64,000 nucleotides of DNA. Source: an uncultured Gammaproteobacteria bacterium. Its GTDB lineage: Bacteria; Patescibacteriota; Microgenomatia; 2-02-FULL-39-11. Positions 1-9,126 of this stretch are shown here, piece after piece (within the stretch, counting starts at the first letter, position 1; each line of letters opens with the position of its first letter). The position numbers and the translations under genes were made by a program. The stretch spans positions 7,140 through 71,139 of the forward strand of contig CAZFNL010000137.1 in NCBI GenBank assembly GCA_964520615.1. The letters are read 5' to 3'. The notes beneath the pieces are model-generated. The model ran no database searches, was not told the origin of the DNA, and saw only the letters and a program-made list of their open reading frames with translations.

Positions 1-1
1 C

Positions 2-256
2 AAAGCAAAGTATGGCTCAAGATGGCAAAATCAATCTGGAGGTATAAGCGGCGACGATCCGGATTTTAGAAGAATGTCTACACAGCAGATAGCTCATATC
101 TATAAAGAAACTCAAGGGAGGGTAGAAATCATTGGCATCGGAGGAATAAAAGACACAACTACTGCACTAGAAAAAATAAGAGCTGGAGCGAAAATAATTC
201 AGGTAGTAACTGCCATACGTAGTGAAGGCACAACTTTGCCTGGACGGATAAATTGA
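2..256 (+). CDS. pyrD: Dihydroorotate dehydrogenase, C-terminal fragment. The ORF is open from the window edge, so the gene starts upstream of the window.
   Basis: Frame open from nt 2. The translation ...RVEIIGIGGIKDTTTALEKIRAGAKIIQVVTAIRSEGTTLPG matches the conserved DHOD C-terminus (LPIIGVGGI...EKI.AGA..VQ.YTA...EGP). Confidence 0.55.
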   Translation, partial: KAKYGSRWQNQSGGISGDDPDFRRMSTQQIAHIYKETQGRVEIIGIGGIKDTTTALEKIRAGAKIIQVVTAIRSEGTTLPGRIN

Positions 257-353
257 GGGATAGTGGAATATATGGATCAGGAAGGGATAAATACTGTTAA
301 TCAACTCGTTGGTATAGGATTGAAAAAGGTATAAATATTCAAACAAAAGGGGA

Positions 354-1048
354 ATGTCCATAAAAAAGATAATCGACATTAAAGTACTTACATTTGATTG
401 TTACGGAACACTTATCGACTGGGATAGTGGGATCAAATCATTTTTCAGGGAAATCCTGTTTCAGGGAAATCCTGCCAAATACAGAGCAAAAAATATTGAT
501 GAAATAATAAAACGGTGGGAAACTATTCAATTCCAACTCATCAAGGAAAATATCTCCCCTATAAAGAACTACAGAATAAAAGCTTTACTTGGGTATTTCG
601 TGAGCACAATGTCACAGCTCAATTTGATGTAGGAAAAAGTTTCTTAGAAAAAATCTCTTCATGGAAGCCGTTTCCCGATGTTTATCCGGTTTTGTCTCAG
701 CTAAAAAGGCACTATAAACTTGTTCTTATTTCTAACGGTACCGCAGAAATACTGAAAAAGAATGCAAAAAAGATGAAGATCGAATTTGACAAAATTATAT
801 CTGCAGAATCGATTGGAGCTTATAAGCCTAGCGTAGATGTTTTTCGCTATGCTCTAAAACAACTACGGATACCAATATCCGAACTTCTTCATATAGCCGC
901 AGGATACAAATACGATATTATCCCCGCAAAAACTCTTGGGATTAAGACAGTCTGGGTAAAGAGAAAGAAAATGACCCAACCGGGTAAAATATCTCCTGAC
1001 TATGAAGTAACAAACTTAACTCCTTTGTCTAGAATCCTTGGTTTATAA
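354..1048 (+). pseudogene. HAD-superfamily hydrolase (haloacid dehalogenase-like), split across two frames by a -1 frameshift near 545-560.
   Basis: The N-terminal ORF (frame 0) carries HAD motif I, FDCYGTLIDWDSGI. The C-terminal ORF (frame 2, from ~545) carries WKPFPDV...YKLVLISNG...KP motifs. The switch is at a GGAAAA / CCCC homopolymer region. Confidence 0.6.
443..474 (+). repeat. Perfect 16-bp tandem duplication (tttcagggaaatcctg x2) inside the HAD gene.
   Basis: Read directly: 443-458 is identical to 459-474. The unit length is not a multiple of 3. Confidence 0.85.
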
Positions 1049-1504
1049 TTTCTTTTTCCAACTAGACCAATATTTTTCAACCGTTACCTTCATCTTTTTC
1101 TTTAAAATCTCCTTGGAAAAGCGGAGTGAATTTTTACGGCAAAGTGACGATGAGTAATAACCTCTCTGAAAGTTTTCAATAGCGGATATTAATGAATCTT
1201 CTGTTTGAGAATCGTATAATTCTCCGGTTTTGCCGGCAGTAACGCTTTCTTTGGCTCCTCCGGCGTTGAAAGCAATTACCGGCTTGCCGCAGGCCTGGGC
1301 TTCAATGGCGGTTAATCCAAAGTCTTCTTCTTGGGGAAAGACAAGAGCCTGACAGTTCTGATAGTATCTAATCAATTTTTCACCTCCTTTCCCTGACTTT
1401 TTCTGTAATTCTGCTTTTTCCCTTATATAGATCAGACGAACACGAGCCTCGCTTATCCCAAAAAGATCGGAGATTTTCCTAAATGTAGAGCCGTTATCAT
1501 ACAT
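1043..1504 (-). pseudogene. Remnant of a GT4 (GT-B) glycosyltransferase. Only the C-terminal ~150 aa are present.
   Basis: EKLIRYYQNCQALVFPQEEDFGLTAIEAQACGKPVIAFNAGG... aligns at ~60% identity to the C-terminus of the full-length GT4 at 35794..36909 (EKLCCYYQKSIALIFPGEEDFGLTSVEAQACGKPVV...). The ftsZ terminator lies immediately upstream, leaving no room for the N-terminal domain. Confidence 0.5.
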
Positions 1505-1597
1505 TTGGATGATTTTTTATTCCTTTCGACCTTTTCTTGTGGCATATTGATTTCCTTTGAAAAAAACCTTATAACGTTGGGTATATCTTAAAAGCCA

Positions 1598-1626
1598 CAA
1601 AAAAAGAGCGCCTTGTAAGGCGCTCC
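1598..1626 (-). terminator. Rho-independent terminator downstream of ftsZ.
   Basis: The minus strand reads GAGCGCC-uuacaa-GGCGCUC followed by UUUUUUUG, just 3' of the ftsZ stop. Confidence 0.6.
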
Positions 1627-1650
1627 ACGAGAAAGTCTTACGCTTTTTTG

Positions 1651-2787
1651 CTAATGTTGCTTACCTTGTCGAAGGAATGCGGGGATGTCCCAATCATCTT
1701 CTTCTGGAGACACATTATCATCTTGCTGTTGCTGCTGGTTTGAACTGACAGCAACACTTGAAGATGGAATTGACATGTCTTCGCGCATTACAGGAGATTC
1801 CATTTTTGCAGACAGCTCTTTTAATCTTTTCTTTGTTTCGTCAAACCCGGTCGCAATTACTGTAATTTTTACCTGATCAACCATTTGTTCATCAATTGTC
1901 GCCCCAAAAATGATATTGGCATCAGGATCCACCGAGGCAGCAATTAATTTGGAGGCTTCGTCCACCTCATTCATCGTCAGATCAGATCCGCCGGTAATAT
2001 TGTAAAGCACGCCTTTAGCCCCATCAATTGATAACTCCAGAAGAGGTGATGAAATTGCCATCCGAGCAGCGGCTGATGCCCTGTTTTCTCCTACCCCAGT
2101 ACCAATTCCCATCAGTGCACTCCCCGCATTGCTCATAATAGTCCTCACATCGGCAAAATCCACATTTATTAAACCCGGCAAGGTGATCAGATCAGAGATG
2201 CCGGTAACTCCTTGACCTAGAACAGAATCAACAATTTTGAATGCTTCAACTAGTGTCATTTTTTTATCCACTACATCCAAAATTCTCTGGTTAGGGATAA
2301 CAATAAGAGTATCCACTTTCTCCTTAAGATTGAGAATTCCTTCTTCTGCTGCCAGCATTCTTCTTGTTCCTTCAAAAGCAAAAGGTTTTGTGACCACAGC
2401 TACAGTAAGAGCTCCAATTTCTCTCGCAACTTCTGCAATAATTGGCGTCGCACCGGTTCCCGTACCTCCACCCTCTCCACACGTTAGAAAAACCATATCA
2501 GTCTCTAGAAGAGACTCTTTCATCTTTTCCCTGGATTCCTCAGCAGACTGTTTGCCAATTTCGGGGTTTCCACCTGCACCAAGCCCTTTGGTTATATCAT
2601 CACCGATCTGTATTTTAACTTGAGCAGCACACGTCAATAATGCTTGAGCATCTGTATTAACACCGATAAAATCCACCCCCTGTATCGTGGAAGCAGCAAT
2701 CATAGAATTAATTGCGTTACATCCTCCACCACCGATACCGATAACTTTTATTTTGGCAAAACGCGCAATATCAGGTTTGATCAACAT
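1651..2787 (-). CDS. ftsZ: Cell division GTPase FtsZ.
   Basis: Tubulin signature [11 protein letters not shown] and TGGTGTGA loops, plus the C-terminal DIPAFLR peptide. Confidence 0.95.
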   Translation of the reverse strand: MLIKPDIARFAKIKVIGIGGGGCNAINSMIAASTIQGVDFIGVNTDAQALLTCAAQVKIQIGDDITKGLGAGGNPEIGKQSAEESREKMKESLLETDMVFLTCGEGGGTGTGATPIIAEVAREIGALTVAVVTKPFAFEGTRRMLAAEEGILNLKEKVDTLIVIPNQRILDVVDKKMTLVEAFKIVDSVLGQGVTGISDLITLPGLINVDFADVRTIMSNAGSALMGIGTGVGENRASAAARMAISSPLLELSIDGAKGVLYNITGGSDLTMNEVDEASKLIAASVDPDANIIFGATIDEQMVDQVKITVIATGFDETKKRLKELSAKMESPVMREDMSIPSSSVAVSSNQQQQQDDNVSPEEDDWDIPAFLRQGKQH

Positions 2788-2827
2788 GAATTAGAGTCCT
2801 TTCTGGGCAGAAAAATATGGAAACAGA

Positions 2828-4159
2828 TTAGGGTAAAAAAGATTTTACCAGATCGACTACTCTTCCAGCAACGCCTTGTATGGGTACTTTTCCCACAATC
2901 TTTGTCAATTTATTCAGATTAAACTTTTCCTTCATCACTACTCCTGTTTTTGAGGCATAAATTACAAGTCCAGAGGCCGTTGCGTAGGTAGGAGTAATGA
3001 TTTCATCCACCAACCCCGTAATATTGGTCGGTACTCCAACTCTCACCTGCATTGCAAGGTTTCTTTTGGCGGTTTCCACTATTCCCAAAGTTTCTGATCC
3101 TCCTCCGGTAATAACAATTCCTGCAGGCGTTAATCCTCCAAAACCGCTCTTTTTTATCTCAAGTCCTATCATGGTAAATATCTCATTCAATCGCGGCCTT
3201 ATGATACCTTCTATCAAGGTTTTTTTAGATACCTTGTTTAACCCTTCAGATAAGTGCAGATTTGATAAATCCATACTGTCATGATCGTCTTTCTCTTTAC
3301 CTTTTTTTGTATTATCGGATTGTATTGACTGTGGAAGAGTCATCTCTGGTTCCTTCTTATTTAGTGCCAACTTTATTTTTTCCGCACTTTCTAAAGAAAT
3401 TCTCAAACCTATAGCTAGATCATTTGTTATATTTCTAGCACCTACAGGCAAAACAGATGAATACGAAAGTGAACCATCTACAAACATACAAATATCAGTC
3501 GTTCCTCCACCTATATCAACCAGTACTACTCCTAATTCTTTTTCTGTTTCCGTTAATACAGCTGTACTAGATGCTAACCCACCAAAGACAAATCCGTCTA
3601 CATCAATCCCCACAAGCGACGCGCATTTTTCTAGGTTGCGAAGAGCAGTTCCTCCAGTAGTAATAATATGAGTATTCACTTCAAGCCTGACACCGGTCAT
3701 CCCCACAGGATCCTTTATTCCCTCTTGTGAATCCACAATAAATTCTCTTGGAAGAACATGAAGGATTTCTCGGGTTGAAGGAAGATTGACCGCTCTAGCT
3801 GCCTCCACAGCTCGATTTATATCTTCTGGTGTAATTTCTTTTTGTGGTTCGGCAACAGCCACTACTCCATGGGAATTCTGAGACATAATATGCGAACCAC
3901 CCACTGATAGAAACGCTGAGGAGATAGAATAACCCGCCATTCTTTCTGAGGCTTCAAGACTTTCTACAATAGCTGCAGTTGACTCTTCTATATCGACTAT
4001 TTGACCTTTTCTGATTCCTCTGCTTTTTACACTTGCCACTCCCATCACGTTTACAGTACCCTCTTCCCCCACAGAAGCTATAATAGTGGTAATTTTTGTT
4101 GTACCGATGTCTATTCCGGCAACTATTCTTTTACTCATAAACTTTTTTCTAATAAGCAA
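2828..4159 (-). CDS. ftsA: Cell division protein FtsA (actin-like ATPase).
   Basis: N-terminal IVAGIDIGTTKI and DIGGGTTD actin-fold motifs. Located immediately upstream of ftsZ. Confidence 0.9.
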   Translation of the reverse strand: MLIRKKFMSKRIVAGIDIGTTKITTIIASVGEEGTVNVMGVASVKSRGIRKGQIVDIEESTAAIVESLEASERMAGYSISSAFLSVGGSHIMSQNSHGVVAVAEPQKEITPEDINRAVEAARAVNLPSTREILHVLPREFIVDSQEGIKDPVGMTGVRLEVNTHIITTGGTALRNLEKCASLVGIDVDGFVFGGLASSTAVLTETEKELGVVLVDIGGGTTDICMFVDGSLSYSSVLPVGARNITNDLAIGLRISLESAEKIKLALNKKEPEMTLPQSIQSDNTKKGKEKDDHDSMDLSNLHLSEGLNKVSKKTLIEGIIRPRLNEIFTMIGLEIKKSGFGGLTPAGIVITGGGSETLGIVETAKRNLAMQVRVGVPTNITGLVDEIITPTYATASGLVIYASKTGVVMKEKFNLNKLTKIVGKVPIQGVAGRVVDLVKSFLP

Positions 4160-4216
4160 CAGTGTATCGCTTATTTTGGAGTTTTTCTATCTGATAATTG
4201 CGCCGGTTAATTTTAT

Positions 4217-4921
4217 TTATTTTGAGTAAATATTGTCTCCATTTGATAATACAACAATCGGCTTATCAAAGCGAAAATCCACCTTACTGACAAATTTACC
4301 CTCTATTCTAAACCTAGATATTATTACTTGTAAAGAGGCAGCTACCGAAGGAACATCTGCGGTAAATGATACCATCACTATGCTGTCATCTTTCATATAT
4401 GCAGTAAAATAATTTTCATTATTATTTATTTCTATTTTCCTAACTGTCAAACCGGCTTTATTCAAATCAACTATCATATCCACTGATTTTTGTATTCGCC
4501 AATCAGCTTTCTGATCTTTGTATATGGGTATACCACCAGCTTGAACAGTTGGCAGATTATTGTTAAGCGCATCAAGTGTATAGATTCCGTTAGAGTCCAC
4601 ATCTCCGCTTACATTGCCGCTAACCACGTGTACAAGAGGAATCCTCATATCTGTTTGAACAATAATAGTGTTTATATACCTCTTGTCCAATCTGATTTTT
4701 TTTAACACCATATTTTTCTCCAATAGGTTTTTTTCCAATCTTTCTGTATCCATAAATAGTAGATTTTGGCCAGCGAGCATATCTAAGTCCTTAAGGTTTG
4801 TATCATAACTAATAACGATTACCCTGCGTACTTCAAATAAACTGTAAGAAATATAAAGAGCGGTTAAAACTGTTAGAAAAACCATTAAAATTAATATTTT
4901 TATGGGAAGGTAACGTTTCAT
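4217..4921 (-). CDS. ftsQ: Cell division protein FtsQ/DivIB-like (single TM segment plus POTRA domain).
   Basis: N-terminal TM segment, a POTRA-like region (VRRVIVISYDTN...GQNLLFMD), and its position between murG and ftsA. Confidence 0.6.
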   Translation of the reverse strand: MKRYLPIKILILMVFLTVLTALYISYSLFEVRRVIVISYDTNLKDLDMLAGQNLLFMDTERLEKNLLEKNMVLKKIRLDKRYINTIIVQTDMRIPLVHVVSGNVSGDVDSNGIYTLDALNNNLPTVQAGGIPIYKDQKADWRIQKSVDMIVDLNKAGLTVRKIEINNNENYFTAYMKDDSIVMVSFTADVPSVAASLQVIISRFRIEGKFVSKVDFRFDKPIVVLSNGDNIYSK

Positions 4922-4978
4922 CTTGTAGAAATAATAGGTTTATAAACTTTCTAAATCAGGATTTGCTCAAAAGGAAGA

Positions 4979-6166
4979 TTATAATTTAATACATCTGTTA
5001 ATTACGTCAAGCATTCTTTTACTTCCGTCTTTTATCAACAATCTTTGCGCAGATAACGCATTTTTCTTATAGAATTTATAGTTATTTTTTACTTTCAAGA
5101 TCACTCTTAGCATATATTCAGGAGTATTATCCTGTTCAACAATTTCTGCCATACCAAGATCACTTAAATATTTTGCGTTATATTGCTGTTCATTGCCAGC
5201 AGCCCAAGGCAGTGGAATAAAAATTGAGGGCATTGCAAAATATTGGACTTCGGCTGTCGTGTTTGCGCCTGACCTACCCAATATCAAATCAGAGCAAGAT
5301 AAAATATTTTTTATTTCAAAAGGATCAACATGTTTTATAATTCTATAGTTATTTTGTAAATAATTTGGTAGACGACTTTTTAGTCTATCTAGAATTTCAA
5401 AATCTTTACCGTTATTCGCAGCCCCAGTCTGGTGTAATATCCTAAAGTTCTTCAATAATTCAGTCATAACTGGTCTAACCATATTGTTTACCGATCTTGA
5501 ACCAAGGCTGCCTCCCGTAATAAAAAGAAAAGGTAATTTTTCATCGCCAAATCCCAATGATTGTTTTTCTTTATTTATATCTTTTTTAGATTTTGAACTA
5601 TTTACAGATTTATTAGTAAAAGAGTTATGGTAGTTTGTACTATCTGAAAATTTCATAGGTAACCCGGTCATCTCCACTTTTATCCCCGTAGGAATTTTCG
5701 CTGTGTCACTCCAACTAACACAAACTTCTGTTGAGATTCTACTAATGATTCTGTTCGTTAATCCCATCACATGTGTTTGTTCATGAGTAACAATCGATAT
5801 ATCCAGTAGATTTGCCGCTAAAGAAATAGGCAAAGCTACATATCCTCCAAAAGAAAGTACTAATTTTGGTTTTACTCGTATTAATATCAATAGACTTTGT
5901 ATTATTGACATTGGAAAGCGTAGAAGTGACCTGAGTGTATAGATGGTAAACTTTCTCTGAAGCCTGGCTGGATTCAATTCTATAAATGGGATATTGTATG
6001 ATATGGCAGTTTGGTATTCCAAAGAAAAAGCACTATCCCCCTCCAATGCAATTTTTCTTCCAACATAATAAATCTTATATTTTTTTTCTTTCTGAATTTC
6101 GCAAATTACCGCCAGTGCTGGTGATAAATGGCCACCACAAATTATAATCGGAATTCTATCATCCAT
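4979..6166 (-). CDS. murG: Lipid II synthase MurG (UDP-GlcNAc:MurNAc-pentapeptide-PP-undecaprenol GlcNAc transferase), with a ~40-aa low-complexity insertion between domains.
   Basis: IIICGGHLSPALAV N-terminal G-loop. C-domain FITGGSLGSRSVN ... GRSGANTTAE ... PLPWAAGNEQQYNA. Confidence 0.85.
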   Translation of the reverse strand: MDDRIPIIICGGHLSPALAVICEIQKEKKYKIYYVGRKIALEGDSAFSLEYQTAISYNIPFIELNPARLQRKFTIYTLRSLLRFPMSIIQSLLILIRVKPKLVLSFGGYVALPISLAANLLDISIVTHEQTHVMGLTNRIISRISTEVCVSWSDTAKIPTGIKVEMTGLPMKFSDSTNYHNSFTNKSVNSSKSKKDINKEKQSLGFGDEKLPFLFITGGSLGSRSVNNMVRPVMTELLKNFRILHQTGAANNGKDFEILDRLKSRLPNYLQNNYRIIKHVDPFEIKNILSCSDLILGRSGANTTAEVQYFAMPSIFIPLPWAAGNEQQYNAKYLSDLGMAEIVEQDNTPEYMLRVILKVKNNYKFYKKNALSAQRLLIKDGSKRMLDVINRCIKL

Positions 6167-6202
6167 AAGTATACAAACAATATATTATATACATATATTA
6201 AT

Positions 6203-7315
6203 CTATCTAGAGGTTATATGACGATTAATATTGAGGACTATTCCCACTGCAGTAAGAGAAACGATAAGATTGGAACCTCCGAAAGAAACAAATGGCAAAG
6301 GTACACCCGTAAGAGGCAAAAGCGCAACGATTGCTCCCAGATTTATGGCTGCTTGGAATCCAAAAAATGCCAATATCCCGGATGCCAGAAGAAAGCTGTG
6401 TTTATCTGGAGCATTTCTCACCACTTGATAAATTTTGTATAAGAAAAAAAGATAAATTCCGATAAATATTATCGACCCGATAAAACCAAATTCTTCTCCA
6501 ATTATTGCAAATATTGAGTCAGTGGTGGCTTCGGGTAAAAACTGATACTTTTGCGTTGAAGATCCCAATCCTACACCAAACCATCCGCCCGATCCGAGTG
6601 AAATTAATATTTGTCGTATATGATATGACGCACCCAATGGATCAACGCTTGGATTTAAGAATGTAGTCAACCTACGAAATCTATATGGAGATGATATTGC
6701 CAGTATTACAACTGACAGAACTGTCGCTGGAACCAAAAGGATAAAATGCAATATTGAAGCTCCTGATAAAAAATACATTGCCACAGCAATACACGTAACA
6801 ATTATGGCCGTGCCCAAATCCGGTTGGACAATAATAAGACCTACAACCAAAAAAAGAAGGAGAAGAAAAGCCGTAAATCTACCCTTTTCTTTACTGGAGA
6901 ACCAAGCGGATAGATAAAAGATAAGAGTCAACTTGGCCAGTTCGGCAGGTTGGAAATTAAAAATGCTTCCTATTCCTATCCATCTATGAGCACCCAAAGC
7001 TCTTACACCTATTCCAGGAATAAATACAGCAATAAGAGTGGCGATTGTAACAAGCATGAAAATAACAGACCAGTTATAATATTTCTTATAAGGAATCATA
7101 AAAGCCACAAACATACCAACCATTCCTATTATAAAATTTATAAACTGTTCACGGACGAAATGATATTGATTACCAAAATCTTTGAAAGCGGTTACATTTG
7201 AGGACTCAAACATCATTAGAAGTCCAAATAAGGCTATAAATATAGCCAAACCAGCTATCCACCAGTCTAGTTGTCTTTTCTGATGGAGAAGTTTTACTCT
7301 TTCTTTTCTTACCAT
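6203..7315 (-). CDS. ftsW: SEDS-family peptidoglycan polymerase FtsW.
   Basis: 10 TM segments. SEDS motifs FQPAELAK, QPDLGTA, PEATTDSIFA and LPLTGVPLPFVSFGGS. Confidence 0.85.
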   Translation of the reverse strand: MVRKERVKLLHQKRQLDWWIAGLAIFIALFGLLMMFESSNVTAFKDFGNQYHFVREQFINFIIGMVGMFVAFMIPYKKYYNWSVIFMLVTIATLIAVFIPGIGVRALGAHRWIGIGSIFNFQPAELAKLTLIFYLSAWFSSKEKGRFTAFLLLLFLVVGLIIVQPDLGTAIIVTCIAVAMYFLSGASILHFILLVPATVLSVVILAISSPYRFRRLTTFLNPSVDPLGASYHIRQILISLGSGGWFGVGLGSSTQKYQFLPEATTDSIFAIIGEEFGFIGSIIFIGIYLFFLYKIYQVVRNAPDKHSFLLASGILAFFGFQAAINLGAIVALLPLTGVPLPFVSFGGSNLIVSLTAVGIVLNINRHITSR

Positions 7316-7437
7316 TTTTTAAAGCTTTGACAATATTACCGTCAAAAGAATTTATATAATACGCCTTGCAAAAAACTGCTTAGACCATCAAATAGTATTT
7401 ATCGAATGCGGATAAATCCATCAGAGCGATAAATATC

Positions 7438-7537
7438 TCAGCTTCGCTTGGTGAATTCCATTACGGCAGATTGAAACTCCCTCGACTTTACGGCTCACCT
7501 CGCTGACAAGCGGGTCAAGGAATTCCGCGAAGGCTGG
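7438..7537 (-). ncRNA. Candidate structured GC-rich RNA element, copy 1 of 2, in the 320-bp mraY-ftsW gap. Strand is uncertain.
   Basis: Nested inverted repeats: cagcttcgc/gcgaaggctg, gaattcc/ggaattc, cgct-gaca-agcg. The 29-nt core 7492-7520 is 26/29 identical to 26597-26625. Local GC is well above the window average. Confidence 0.35.
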
Positions 7538-7636
7538 TTAAAACACACCACAAATTTAGTCTGCTTCGGACTAAAGCAAGTTACTCCCTTACGAATAAAC
7601 TATTTTCCCTACCGACTTTCATATGGATTCCCTGAA

Positions 7637-8677
7637 TTAAACCACAAAAGTAATCCATAAGCCTACAATTGCAAAAACTAAACCTACGAGCCAAGCACGA
7701 AATACTATTGTCGATTCATTCCAACCCCTTGACTGCAACCATAAATGAAAAGGAGCTGCAGATATAATTTTTTTGCCCCGATATTTCTTACTGAGAAGTT
7801 GCGCAAATGAAGAGGCAACTTCAGCAACAAAAATCCCACCTATTATCACAAGAGAAAAAACTTTCCCCAATAGAAGACCAATTACGGCAAAAGTGGCGCC
7901 GAAGGATAGAGCCCCAACGTCTCCTAAAAATATGCGAGCTGGAAATATATTAAAGTACAAAAAAGCAACCACCCCCCCCAGCCATATACCTATAAACATC
8001 GAAAGAGTAGTATCCAAAATCGCGTGAGAAATTACCCAGAAAGAAACAAGCGCGATTAGAAGCGCTCCTGCGGCCAATCCATCCAAACCATCAGTAATAT
8101 TATATGCATTTGCAAATGCAGTAATAACAAATGCAGCAAAAGGGATATAAAATATACCCAAGTTAATTACTCCAACCACCGGTACATTAATTATTCCTAT
8201 TTTAAGTTCCGAAAAAAGCCAGTATGATACAACTAATGACAATATGATTTCCAATATCAACTTGTAATGCAACTTTAGCCCGAAAAATGTTTCTCCGCCA
8301 TGAGGTATAATTACTTTTCTTATATCATCAAACAATCCCACAAGACCAAAAGATATAAAAGTAAAAATCAATATTTTTAATTCACTCCCGATATTTGGAT
8401 AAATTGAGGTTATTGGCACCCAGAAATAATATAAAAGGGGAAAACTGAGAAAAAAAAGGAGGGAAGTTATCGTAATTATAAGCAAACCTCCCCCAACAGG
8501 AGTACCGGCTTTGAATTTATTTAGTTTATCAAAAATTGGAGTCGGGAGATTAAAAGCGTCTTTAGTCTTTTGATTTTGCCTTTGTACCTTAAATTTATAT
8601 AACAGATTTATAAAAGGTATCAACGTAATCGAGTGAATTATAAAGGATAAAATTAATAGACTTAAAATTAATCCCAT
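7637..8677 (-). CDS. mraY: Phospho-N-acetylmuramoyl-pentapeptide transferase MraY.
   Basis: NAYNITDGLDGLAAG motif, ten TM segments, dcw context. Confidence 0.9.
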   Translation of the reverse strand: MGLILSLLILSFIIHSITLIPFINLLYKFKVQRQNQKTKDAFNLPTPIFDKLNKFKAGTPVGGGLLIITITSLLFFLSFPLLYYFWVPITSIYPNIGSELKILIFTFISFGLVGLFDDIRKVIIPHGGETFFGLKLHYKLILEIILSLVVSYWLFSELKIGIINVPVVGVINLGIFYIPFAAFVITAFANAYNITDGLDGLAAGALLIALVSFWVISHAILDTTLSMFIGIWLGGVVAFLYFNIFPARIFLGDVGALSFGATFAVIGLLLGKVFSLVIIGGIFVAEVASSFAQLLSKKYRGKKIISAAPFHLWLQSRGWNESTIVFRAWLVGLVFAIVGLWITFVV

Positions 8678-8685
8678 AAAAAAGA

Positions 8686-9075
8686 CTACTTAATTAAAAA
8701 AGAATGAAAAACTATTAAAGAATAAATTCTTGGAAGAAAAACTAAACAACCCACAATTGTTGCTCCGATTGCTGTCAGAAGCATCATTCCTGCTGATACA
8801 TCCTTAGCGATTTTGGCTTGTTGATGCCATTCAGTAGAAATAAGATCAGTCATTGATTCGATGGAAGTATTGACCATTTCTACAGACAATCCAAATACTA
8901 TGGTTAGAACAATTAATATAATCTCTACAGTTGAGATACTTAAAGCTATAGAAAGAAATATGGCAATAGCTGAAAAGAAAACGTGAACTCTAAAGTTCGG
9001 TTGAGTCGAAAATGCCCATTTTATACCACTTGCCGCATTCTTGAACGATATATGATGGCGTCTTATAAGTCCCAT
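8686..9075 (-). CDS. dgkA: Diacylglycerol / undecaprenol kinase (DgkA family).
   Basis: 129 aa with three TM segments and the DAGK_prokar signature (SF.NA..G...NFR.H...E..NTSIE...D). Confidence 0.7.
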   Translation of the reverse strand: MGLIRRHHISFKNAASGIKWAFSTQPNFRVHVFFSAIAIFLSIALSISTVEIILIVLTIVFGLSVEMVNTSIESMTDLISTEWHQQAKIAKDVSAGMMLLTAIGATIVGCLVFLPRIYSLIVFHSFLIK

Positions 9076-9126
9076 GAATTTAATTATAACAGAATGTCAA
9101 ATTGATAATTTCAAAATATTTAGTTA

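Noticed and set aside
1380-1504. The N-terminus of the GT4 remnant (FRKISDLFGISEARVRLIYIREKAELQKK) resembles a sigma-70 region-4 HTH.
   Set aside because: The same residues align, with an indel, to the interior of the full-length GT4 paralogue at 35794..36909 (IDEKRLKNIAGK...). The resemblance is therefore coincidental.
2237-2623. Plus-strand ORFs of 60-150 aa throughout the window (for example 2237-2623, 41757-42212, 54822-55217, 47739-48095).
   Set aside because: All lie antisense within well-supported minus-strand genes, have low-complexity translations and no recognisable motifs. They are shadow ORFs.
2680-2787. Poly-Q stretch (QQQQQDDN) at the FtsZ C-terminus as an unusual feature.
   Set aside because: FtsZ C-terminal linkers are commonly low-complexity. 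The conserved DIPAFLR tail is intact.
7316-7636. Possible RNase P RNA, SRP RNA, tmRNA or 6S RNA in the mraY-ftsW gap.
   Set aside because: No match to the P4 GGAAAGUCCGG / ACAGAACCCGGCUUA motifs, the SRP domain IV GGAA/AGCAGCC motifs, or tmRNA ends. Left as an unnamed structured element.
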